Below, in pieces: positions 37,575 through 45,279 of a stretch of 64,000 bases of DNA. The notes beneath the pieces are model-generated. The model saw nothing but the letters and a program-made list of their open reading frames with translations, had not been told where the DNA came from and did no database searches. Positions within the stretch are counted from its first letter, which is position 1. Each line of letters starts with the position of its first letter. Where the stretch lies: contig CAYTQI010000003.1 of assembly GCA_964440235.1 (NCBI GenBank), forward strand, positions 1,599 through 65,598, in the 5' to 3' direction. The translations under genes were made by a program, and so were the position numbers. Source of the DNA: an uncultured Planctomycetia bacterium (GTDB lineage: Bacteria > Omnitrophota > Gorgyraeia > JABMRN01 > RBG-13-46-9).

Positions 37575-37630
37575 TCACATCCGGCGAAAATGTCAAATGT
37601 GAAGACCTGACCCCTTTCACCTGACTTGGA

Positions 37631-38377
37631 TTACCTTTTACGGGCGCGGGCTTTAGGGCCCGGCTGATTAACTTTTTTAAATTTTGGCCTTGTTCCTCGG
37701 ACTTTTTTATGCCCGGGCGGATTTTTTAGTTTTTTCGGCGGAAGCGGCTTTTGCCCGGCTTCCTTGTCTTTTAAATGTTTACGTCCGTGGGGACTTTTTT
37801 TCGGGGGTAATTTGCGGGGAGGCCGTTTTCGAGGAGGCCTTCTGTGTTTCGGAGGAAGTTGGCCCTCCGCGTCTTCTACGGATTCCGCGGAGTCTTTATG
37901 CCCCATATAACCACCCTCACCCTCGCCACGATGAACCTTTTTCGGTTTTCGTTCACCGCGCGGGCGCTTTCGCGGCGGCCGTTTTCGAGGGGGTAATTTG
38001 CGCGGCGGCCGTTTTCGAGGAGGCCTTCTGTGTTTCGGAGGAAGTTGGCCCTCCGCGTCTTCTACGGATTCCGCGGAGTCTTTATGCCCCATATAACCAC
38101 CCTCACCCTCGCCACGATGAACCTTTTTCGGTTTTCGTTCACCGCGCGGGCGCTTTCGCGGCGGCCGTTTTCGAGGGGGTAATTTGCGGGGCGATTTACC
38201 CGGGCCCCCTTTAGGGCCGGGCGGATTACCTTTTTTCATTGCCGGTGACTTACCCGGGCCCCCTTTAGGGCCGGGCGGATTACCTTTTCGTTGCGCGTAA
38301 GATAATGACGTTGATAGTGTAAAAATCAACATCGTAAAAAGGACTATTGTATTGAACACTACAATTTTTTTCCGCAT
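37631..38377 (-). CDS. secreted, extremely basic Pro/Lys/Arg-rich tandem-repeat protein
   Basis: ATG at 38377 with a perfect SD AAAGGAGGAACAGGT; signal peptide MRKKIVVFNTIVLFTMLIFTLSTSLSYAQ. Two 18-aa repeats (KKGNPPGPKGGPGKSP), then two identical 62-aa repeats (RKLPPRKRPPRKRPRGERKPKKVHRGEGEGGYMGHKDSAESVEDAEGQLPPKHRRPPRKRPP) encoded by a roughly 186-bp tandem duplication that is 100% identical. Confidence 0.6.
   Translation of the reverse strand: MRKKIVVFNTIVLFTMLIFTLSTSLSYAQRKGNPPGPKGGPGKSPAMKKGNPPGPKGGPGKSPRKLPPRKRPPRKRPRGERKPKKVHRGEGEGGYMGHKDSAESVEDAEGQLPPKHRRPPRKRPPRKLPPRKRPPRKRPRGERKPKKVHRGEGEGGYMGHKDSAESVEDAEGQLPPKHRRPPRKRPPRKLPPKKSPHGRKHLKDKEAGQKPLPPKKLKNPPGHKKVRGTRPKFKKVNQPGPKARARKR
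37790..38300. repeat. nested tandem repeats inside the basic secreted protein gene: two copies of a roughly 186-bp unit (100% identical over about 180 bp), two copies of a 54-bp unit, and short CGGCCGTTTTCGAGG(G/A)GG sub-repeats
   Basis: Unit copies start near 37822 and 38008; the 54-bp unit (ttacccgggccccctttagggccgggcggattacctttt) starts near 38196 and 38250. Confidence 0.8.
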
Positions 38378-38460
38378 TTTACCTGTTCCTCCTTTCGCTA
38401 ATTCGCGTCCAAGGAAGTATACCACATAAAATGGTGAGGGTCAAATGCCCGCTCAAAAAA

Positions 38461-39333
38461 TCAAAAAGGCCCTTTTTCGCGGTCTTTATTTATAAAATGT
38501 TTGTTTATCTGTTCCTTCAGATAATAGAATGTTTCATCCACATTGTCGAATATTTTAAAAAATTTCAAATCCCCCGCTGAAATTGTCCCCCATTTGCGCA
38601 TTTCGTCAAAATTGATTACTCTCTGCCAGTAATCCCGGCCGAACAAAATGACCGGCAGGGGCCTTTTATGTTTGCCTGTCTGCGCAAGAGTAAGCAGCTC
38701 AAAAAGTTCATCCATCGTACCAAAACCGCCCGGAAAGACAACAAGCGCCTTTGATAAATAAAAAAACCAGAATTTACGTATGAAAAAATAATGGAATTCA
38801 AACGCGAGATCCCTGGTCTGGTAAGGATTCGGGGGCTGCTCCACCGGAATGCTGATATTTAACCCCACGGACTTACCGCCGGCCATTTTCGCGCCCTGGT
38901 TCCCGGCGGCCATTATGCCGGGCCCGCCTCCGGAACAAATCATAAAATTCTTGCCTTTTTTTCTTAACCCCTTGAAATAATGAGTAAGGCGCCTCGCGAG
39001 AAGGCGGGCGTCATCGTAGTAACGCGACATCGCCGCTTCCCGTTTTGCCTGTTCGTAACGGCTCTTGAGGGCGGGCGTGGGTTTCTTTATCTCTTTCATT
39101 TCTTTCTTTATTTTTTTGAGCTTAAGGGATGTAACGCCCCTGGGGAAAATTCTGGATGATCCAAAAAATACAACGGTATCCTTTACGCTATATTTACGAA
39201 AACGCGCGGCAGGTTCGATCATCTCGGACAGAATCCTTATGAGGCGCGCCGGCGAACTGTTTAAAAAATCCTTATTTTTGTAGGCTTTTACCGGCCAGCC
39301 GCGCGCGGTTTTCTTTTTACTTTTTGATCTCAT
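38461..39333 (-). CDS. LOG family protein (TIGR00730 lysine-decarboxylase-like / nucleotide 5'-monophosphate nucleosidase family)
   Basis: PGGFGTMDELFELLTLAQTGKH and GGGPGIMAAGNQGA motifs. Confidence 0.75.
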   Translation of the reverse strand: MRSKSKKKTARGWPVKAYKNKDFLNSSPARLIRILSEMIEPAARFRKYSVKDTVVFFGSSRIFPRGVTSLKLKKIKKEMKEIKKPTPALKSRYEQAKREAAMSRYYDDARLLARRLTHYFKGLRKKGKNFMICSGGGPGIMAAGNQGAKMAGGKSVGLNISIPVEQPPNPYQTRDLAFEFHYFFIRKFWFFYLSKALVVFPGGFGTMDELFELLTLAQTGKHKRPLPVILFGRDYWQRVINFDEMRKWGTISAGDLKFFKIFDNVDETFYYLKEQINKHFINKDREKGPF

Positions 39334-39337
39334 GCCC

Positions 39338-39751
39338 TCAATACTCCTCGGAGGGGGTTTTACGCAGTTTTTTCTTTTCGGAACGCGCCTTTTTGGCTTT
39401 AAGCATTTTCTCTTTGGCCCTTTTGGAACGTTTTCGTTTCTGGCGCTTTATTTTTTCTATTTTTTTTTGCCGCTCGGCCTCTCTGCCCAAAAAAAGCGAT
39501 TCAACTTTCTCAACAAGTATTCTTCTCGCGAAAAAACGGTTCAAGGCCTGGGAACGTTCCCGCTGGCACTTGACCTCGATACCGGTAGGGCCATGTTTGA
39601 TGTAAACACGCGAAGAGGTTTTGTTCACTTTTTGTCCGCCAGATTTGCTCGCGCGTATAAATTTTTCGTATAAATCGGCCTCTTTTATCCCTAGCAAAGC
39701 CATCTTCGCCTTCAGGGCTTCTTCTTTACGGCCGCTTACATTAAACTTCAT
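39338..39751 (-). CDS. RF-1 domain peptidyl-tRNA hydrolase, ArfB (YaeJ)-like ribosome rescue factor
   Basis: 137 aa. GGQ motif (SKSGGQKVNKTSS) followed by YIKHGPTGIEVKCQRERSQALNR (the RF domain-3 core) and a long K/R-rich C-terminal tail, as in ArfB. Confidence 0.7.
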   Translation of the reverse strand: MKFNVSGRKEEALKAKMALLGIKEADLYEKFIRASKSGGQKVNKTSSRVYIKHGPTGIEVKCQRERSQALNRFFARRILVEKVESLFLGREAERQKKIEKIKRQKRKRSKRAKEKMLKAKKARSEKKKLRKTPSEEY

Positions 39752-39953
39752 CCCGCCCCTTAAAAACTTTCTTTTTCCCCGTTCAGGGCCTGCTCTTCGC
39801 TTTCTTTTTCCCGCATGTTTTTTCTATCTAACTTCCGCTGTAGTTTTTTTTCTTTTTTTTTCTTTTTCGCGAATTCTTTTTGGCGCTTTCGGAACGAATA
39901 ATTATCTCTTGCCAATATGCCCTCCTTCTTTACCCAGCCATACCTTTTGTTTG

Positions 39954-39982
39954 ATTATATCACTTTTACCCCAAAATAACAA
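39954..39982 (-). promoter_or_regulatory. sigma70-like promoter for the ArfB-like/LOG/repeat-protein transcription unit: TTGTTA, 17 bp spacer, then TGaTATAAT (extended -10)
   Basis: The minus strand reads ...TTGTTAttttggggtaaaagTGATATAAT.... It lies about 200 nt upstream of the ArfB-like start, implying a long leader. Confidence 0.35.
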
Positions 39983-40040
39983 AACAAAAGCCTTCCAATG
40001 CGCGGATTTTCAATACCGCGGTCCGCAAAATTCCAGTTTT

Positions 40041-41063
40041 TTAAGTTGTCAGCAATTTTTCGGCGGAGGCAAGAACTTCAGCGGGTGTAATCGCCTCAAG
40101 GCACTTAAAACCGATCCTGCAATTATGGGCAAGGCAAATCCCGCAACCGGCATCTTTGTGAAAAACAACGCTTTTCCTGCCGGTGGGCCCCCATCGCTTC
40201 GGAGACAACCCGGGATCCTTTCTTCCAAAAATAGAGATTACCGGCGTACCTACGGCACAGGCGATATGGACAGGCCCGGAATCGTTGGATATAAACAATT
40301 TGCACCTCGAAAAAAGAGCGGCAATTTCACCGACACCGGTTTTTCCCGCAAGATTCACCGGTTCGTATTTCATTGATTTCGCAACAGCGTCGGCGAATTT
40401 CTTATTCGCCCCGTCCGATACGATTAATATTCTTGCTTTGTGCTTCGCGGAAAGGGCATCGCACAAAACGGCGAAGTTTTCCGGTTTCCACCGTTTGGAC
40501 GGGCAGCTGGCGCCGGGATTTACGGCAACAAGCGGGACGCCAGTGCCGACATGGTATTCATTGAGTAATTTTCTGATTTTTTTCATGTCATTTTCGCGCA
40601 CGGGAACAAAAAGTTCCCTTTCTTTCGCCGTTATTCCGATACTGCGAAGAAGGTCAAGAGTATATTCGATTTCGTGTTTTTTCCCTTCCTGCTTAAGATG
40701 CGGTACTTTTTTCGTAAGAAGAAACGGGATCTTTCTGTCATATCCTACTCTTTTCGGGATGCCCGCGAGATACGCTATCAAATGCGCGCGGTTTGTCGGG
40801 TGAAGCATGACCGCCAGATCGAATTTCTTTTTCCTCAAAAACAAGGCAAACATAATCGTGCTTAATAAGCTTTTTTGTTTGCCGTATTTATCATAAATTA
40901 TCACCTCGTCCAGATAAGGATTGCCCTCAACTATGTCTTTCGCGTACGGGCGTACCATAAAAGCGATATAAGCCCCGGGATATTTATCGCGGGCCGCTTT
41001 TATGGCCGGCGTGGATAAAACAACATCGCCGAGCCTGTCTGTTCGTGTCATTAGTATACGCAT
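40041..41063 (-). CDS. glycosyltransferase family 9 (ADP-heptose:LPS heptosyltransferase family)
   Basis: N-terminal RLGDVVLSTPA, GT9 central and C-terminal blocks (NPGASCPSKRW, SNDSGPVHIA). Confidence 0.8.
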   Translation of the reverse strand: MRILMTRTDRLGDVVLSTPAIKAARDKYPGAYIAFMVRPYAKDIVEGNPYLDEVIIYDKYGKQKSLLSTIMFALFLRKKKFDLAVMLHPTNRAHLIAYLAGIPKRVGYDRKIPFLLTKKVPHLKQEGKKHEIEYTLDLLRSIGITAKERELFVPVRENDMKKIRKLLNEYHVGTGVPLVAVNPGASCPSKRWKPENFAVLCDALSAKHKARILIVSDGANKKFADAVAKSMKYEPVNLAGKTGVGEIAALFSRCKLFISNDSGPVHIACAVGTPVISIFGRKDPGLSPKRWGPTGRKSVVFHKDAGCGICLAHNCRIGFKCLEAITPAEVLASAEKLLTT

Positions 41064-41099
41064 TGCAACCTGTCCGGCCGCGCCGGCCGTTATTGTTTG

Positions 41100-42101
41100 T
41101 TAGCGGCTGTCGAGAAGCTTTTTCACCGCCTCGAACGCCTCTTCCACCGAAATTGATTTAAGACACTCGTACTTATTCCCCTCATTTACGCACTGGGGAG
41201 CCTCGCAGGGAGAACACTTTATGTTTTTCCTTAATACCCTACTCGCGGCTTTCGTGAACGGGCCGTATTTGTTCTCGTCCGTAGGGCCAAAAAAAGCGAG
41301 TATCCGCGCGTCGACCGCGCTTCCGAGGTGAAGCGGCGCGCTGTCGTTTGTTATTAGAAGCGCGCTTTTTTCGATAAGGCAGGCGAGCTGGCTGATATTC
41401 GTTTTCTCGATAAGGTTAAGGGGTTCTGTCTTCATATAAAAAAGCATTCTTTCAACAACAACCCTGTCATATTCATCGCCTATCAAAACAACACCGCAGG
41501 CGAGTTCTTTCTTTATCCTGTCGCAAAGTTTCGCGAAATTTTTCAGGGGCCATCTTTTTACGTGGCTCTTCGCGCCGGGGCTTACCACGACGAACGGCTT
41601 TCCGGTCAGGCCATTCAAAAGATTTTCCGCGCGTTTTCTGTCGTTATCCCCCGTCGGGACATAGGCGCGGGCCCGGGGCGCGTCAATACCTATTTCCTTA
41701 AGTCTTAAAAGATAGGCGTCTTTCTTGTGCATCCTTCCCCTTCGCCGGTATCGAAACGGATTGGTGGCGAACCGTGCCCCGAGTATAAACGGAAAAATGG
41801 TGTTGCGTAAATCCACTACGAGATCGTAATTTTTTCTTCTAAGTTTGAGGAAAAGAGTGAGTTTCGAGAAGAAAGGGCTTCTCTTATCGTATACTATCAC
41901 TTCGCGCACTTTTTTGTGGGCCTCGAAAATTTCCTTTCCGCCCGGGCCTACCATTATATCAAGCTCCGCTGAGGGAAATTCCGCGATAAGGGCTTCCGTG
42001 ACAGGCGTAGTTAGTATAACATCGCCTGTGTTGGTTAAGGTTATTACCAGCATGCGTTTTACGCGAGCGGGGGCGGGCGCCTCTATACGGTTTTTCTTCA
42101 T
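41100..42101 (-). CDS. glycosyltransferase family 9 (heptosyltransferase family), second tandem paralog
   Basis: TGDVILTTPV, SPGAKSHVKRW, TNDSAPLHLG. Confidence 0.8.
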   Translation of the reverse strand: MKKNRIEAPAPARVKRMLVITLTNTGDVILTTPVTEALIAEFPSAELDIMVGPGGKEIFEAHKKVREVIVYDKRSPFFSKLTLFLKLRRKNYDLVVDLRNTIFPFILGARFATNPFRYRRRGRMHKKDAYLLRLKEIGIDAPRARAYVPTGDNDRKRAENLLNGLTGKPFVVVSPGAKSHVKRWPLKNFAKLCDRIKKELACGVVLIGDEYDRVVVERMLFYMKTEPLNLIEKTNISQLACLIEKSALLITNDSAPLHLGSAVDARILAFFGPTDENKYGPFTKAASRVLRKNIKCSPCEAPQCVNEGNKYECLKSISVEEAFEAVKKLLDSR

Positions 42102-43183
42102 TAAAACACCTGTCGGGTGCGATACATTTCACCGAACACTTCTAAAACGTCATCAACCTTTATCGCGTCCATGCACCTGTAATTATCGCATGTAAGGTCG
42201 TAGCACGGGATTTCGCAGCCCACATTCTTTTGTATCACCCTGTAATCACCGCCCCCGTAAGGGCCTGTAAAGGATGGGGATGTCGGTCCGAAAAGCGCTA
42301 TTACCTTTGACTTCACCGCCGCGGCCATGTGCATGGGTCCGGTATCCCCGGATATAACGAAATTCGCCCTTTCCATTAACGCGCCGAGTTTATCCAAATC
42401 GGTCCTGCCGGCAAAGATTATAAGAGGATTTTTCATTTTCTCTTTTATGCGTCTTGAACGTTCCAGATCCTTTTTTGCTCCGGCGGCAACCATTTTAACC
42501 CCGTATTTTGTTACAAGCTCATCGGCTAAAAGCGCGAAGTTTGTCTCGCTCCAGCGTTTCGGGGGCCAGTTCGCCCCGGTGTTAATAACGACAACAGTGT
42601 CTTCTTCCTTAACGCCTTCTCCGGCGAGCTCCTCCCTTATGTACTTACGCGCTTTATCCGTTACGAAAAATTCATAATTTTTATCGGAAGTATCGCATCC
42701 GAGAGCGTCCGCGATTTTTAAAAAATATTCCACTTTGTGAAGCGGCTCGGAAAAGGCGTCGACCGGGCGCGTAAGAATAAATTTTCGTTTTTTTGTCGCG
42801 TAACCGGCGCGTTCGCCGATTCCCGCTAAATATGTCATGAGCGCTTTTGTAAAGGACCTGTGTAAAAGTACGGCGAGATCAAAATTTTTTTTTCTGATCA
42901 ACGATACAAGGCGCGCCTTTCCGAGAAACCCCCTGTGCCTGTTTTCTTCATCATAAATTATTATCTCGTCTATCCGGGGGTTGCCGGTCAGCATTTTTTT
43001 CGCGCGGGGCGCGACCATGCAGGCGATATGAGCGGTTTTGAATTTTTTGCGAAGCGCCTTTATAAATGGGGTTGAAAACAAAACGTCCCCGAGCCAGTTT
43101 ACCTCAACTATGAGTATGCGCTTATACAACCTATCACTGCCGTAGGAGAAGGCCTCGGCCTTTACCTGTCGCGCCGCTTTCAT
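42101..43183 (-). CDS. glycosyltransferase family 9 (heptosyltransferase family), third tandem paralog
   Basis: LGDVLFSTPF, NTGANWPPKRW, SGDTGPMHMA. Confidence 0.8.
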   Translation of the reverse strand: MKAARQVKAEAFSYGSDRLYKRILIVEVNWLGDVLFSTPFIKALRKKFKTAHIACMVAPRAKKMLTGNPRIDEIIIYDEENRHRGFLGKARLVSLIRKKNFDLAVLLHRSFTKALMTYLAGIGERAGYATKKRKFILTRPVDAFSEPLHKVEYFLKIADALGCDTSDKNYEFFVTDKARKYIREELAGEGVKEEDTVVVINTGANWPPKRWSETNFALLADELVTKYGVKMVAAGAKKDLERSRRIKEKMKNPLIIFAGRTDLDKLGALMERANFVISGDTGPMHMAAAVKSKVIALFGPTSPSFTGPYGGGDYRVIQKNVGCEIPCYDLTCDNYRCMDAIKVDDVLEVFGEMYRTRQVF

Positions 43184-43186
43184 CCG

Positions 43187-43984
43187 TCAATCCTCATCCC
43201 TGTGCTCTTTGATAAACGTATAATATCCGCTTGTTTCTATCCAGAATACCAGCATGTTATTCGATGTCATGGAAATTCTGATTCTTTTAAGGGCGTAAGA
43301 ATCCGCGGCTGAATACTTTTTTCCGGGATTTGTCGCCACAGCACCTGTATACCCGGTTTCTTTGGCGATTTTTTTTACCCTTTCATCAAAAGCGCCCACC
43401 GGGTATGATAAAATTTTTACCGGTTTGCCCGTGGCCCGCTCTATCGCGTTTTTTGAACCGGCCAGCTCTTCACGAATACCCTTTTCGTTCAATGACGGCA
43501 GCCATGACTGGGTAACGGTATGGCTGCCGATAGATATATTATTTTTCCGCATTGCCCGTATATCATCCCAATTCATATAGCCTTCCTTTCCGACGGCGCC
43601 TGACGGCACGAACATTATCGCCGGAAAATTATATTTTTTTAAAACGGGATAAGCGTACAAAAAATTGTTTTTAAGCCCGTCGTCAAAAGTTATGGCCACG
43701 GTTTTATGCGGGATTTTTTCGCCTTTTTTTATTCTTTCGACAAAATCGGCAAGGCCTATAACTTTGTAATTGTTGTCATGCAAAAACTTCATTTGCCTTT
43801 CGAACGCGGCGGGAAGCACGTTAAGTTTTGACCGATAACCCCGCGGAGTTTCGCGGGCGGGGCAAACGGAATGATACATGAGAATAGCCGGAACATATAC
43901 GGAGTCGAGAAAAAATTTTCCCGCCGCGAATAATATTGAAACTGCTATTATGGATATAACGGTGATTTTTTTATATGATTTCAT
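43187..43984 (-). CDS. polysaccharide deacetylase (NodB homology domain) with N-terminal TM anchor
   Basis: NodB motifs VAITFDDG and HTVTQ; N-terminal hydrophobic helix. Confidence 0.75.
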   Translation of the reverse strand: MKSYKKITVISIIAVSILFAAGKFFLDSVYVPAILMYHSVCPARETPRGYRSKLNVLPAAFERQMKFLHDNNYKVIGLADFVERIKKGEKIPHKTVAITFDDGLKNNFLYAYPVLKKYNFPAIMFVPSGAVGKEGYMNWDDIRAMRKNNISIGSHTVTQSWLPSLNEKGIREELAGSKNAIERATGKPVKILSYPVGAFDERVKKIAKETGYTGAVATNPGKKYSAADSYALKRIRISMTSNNMLVFWIETSGYYTFIKEHRDED

Positions 43985-44093
43985 TTTTTTATTCCATTTG
44001 TTAAAGTAAATTGTTTTAAAACATCAGGCGCCTTTGCGTGCCACAAACCTTCCGGCCGATACCCTTACAACCGGGTATCCCCGCCCGGGCGGA

Positions 44094-45200
44094 TCAAACA
44101 GAGCGCGCGGTCTTATAAATTTTAATAACTTTGTCGGCCATGCCGTCCAGCGAAAATTTCTCTTTTACCAGGGCTCTTCCGTTTTTTGCCAGCGAAACAC
44201 CGAGCCTGGTGTCGCCGAGCACTCTCATTATGGCCGCTTTCAGCGCGCGCTTATCCTTGGGGGGAACAAGAATACCCGTTACGCCGTTTTCAACGACAGA
44301 AGAAACCCCGCCTACATCAGAAGCGACACACGGCTTGCCGGCGGCCAGGGCTTCAAGAAGCGAAAGCCCAAGCCCTTCTTCCAGTGAATAAAACACAAAA
44401 ACATCAATAATTGACAAAAATCGCTGCGTTCTGGTGGTATTCATGGCGAAAAAAACATTTGCCTCGATACCGAGTTTTTCCGCGAGCTGCATAAGGTAAG
44501 CTTTCGACGGGCCCTCACCCACGAGAAGAAGTTTTGACTCGGGCATTTCCCTCAATATATCCTTCATGGCCAATAAAAGATATTTAAGCCCCTTGACCGG
44601 GGAAAGCCTCGATACCGAACCGATAACGGGTGAGCGCTCAAAACCCAGCTTTATCTTAAGGGATTTTTTCTCATCTTCCTCCGTACCGGCGGGGGAAAAA
44701 GCGCCTGTGTCCACCCCGTTATATATCAGGAAAACATTTTTTTCGTCAATACCCAAATCTTTTGTCAAATGCCTCTTCACAGCATCGCTTATGGCGATAA
44801 CATGGTTTCCCCAGGCCCTGAATAATCTTCTCGAAATCCTTTTTCCCCTGAAAAAACCATGGCATGTACTGATATAAGACACCGGGCTCAATTTTGAAAG
44901 CAGGTACGCGAGCACTTGCGTAACCCTCGTCTGAGCGTGTATCACATCGATTTTTTCTTGCTTTATGAATCTGTTTAATTTTAGAAGCGTGAAAAAAAGT
45001 TTTGGGTGAAATTCAAATTTTGTTTTTACGGAAACCGGTAAATGCGTTATGCCGTTTTTTGCGAGCGACCCTTCAAGCTCTCCGCCGGCTGAGGCGACAT
45101 ACACTCGTATACCCTTTTTTTTCAGGGCTTCCGCGAGGGTCACCGTATAAACCGCGACTCCTCCTATATTGAGATGAGTGGTGAAAAGCAATACCCGCAT
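44094..45200 (-). CDS. glycosyltransferase family 4 (GT-B, retaining)
   Basis: 368 aa, Glyco_trans_4-like N-domain plus Glycos_transf_1 C-domain (EGLGLSLLEALAAGKPCVAS). Confidence 0.8.
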   Translation of the reverse strand: MRVLLFTTHLNIGGVAVYTVTLAEALKKKGIRVYVASAGGELEGSLAKNGITHLPVSVKTKFEFHPKLFFTLLKLNRFIKQEKIDVIHAQTRVTQVLAYLLSKLSPVSYISTCHGFFRGKRISRRLFRAWGNHVIAISDAVKRHLTKDLGIDEKNVFLIYNGVDTGAFSPAGTEEDEKKSLKIKLGFERSPVIGSVSRLSPVKGLKYLLLAMKDILREMPESKLLLVGEGPSKAYLMQLAEKLGIEANVFFAMNTTRTQRFLSIIDVFVFYSLEEGLGLSLLEALAAGKPCVASDVGGVSSVVENGVTGILVPPKDKRALKAAIMRVLGDTRLGVSLAKNGRALVKEKFSLDGMADKVIKIYKTARSV

Positions 45201-45279
45201 CTTTTGTGCCTTTTAACGCTTACGCGCGCCGTATCCTTCCTGATATAATATATTTCCCGTTTGTAAACATGATTTACGG

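Noticed and set aside
37684-38214. 176-aa plus-strand ORF across the tandem-repeat region
   Set aside because: Repeat DNA yields long ORFs on both strands. Only the minus-strand frame has a canonical SD, an ATG and a signal peptide.
39990-40040. Rho-independent terminator after the first GT9 gene
   Set aside because: The GC-rich segment GCGGACCGCGG...CCGCGC pairs over only about 5 bp; the following T-rich run alone is insufficient.
39324-40376. Plus-strand ORFs (93, 113 and 251 aa) over the LOG/ArfB region and the intergenic spacer
   Set aside because: They are low-complexity translations antisense to well-supported minus-strand genes or crossing a promoter region; there is no homology.
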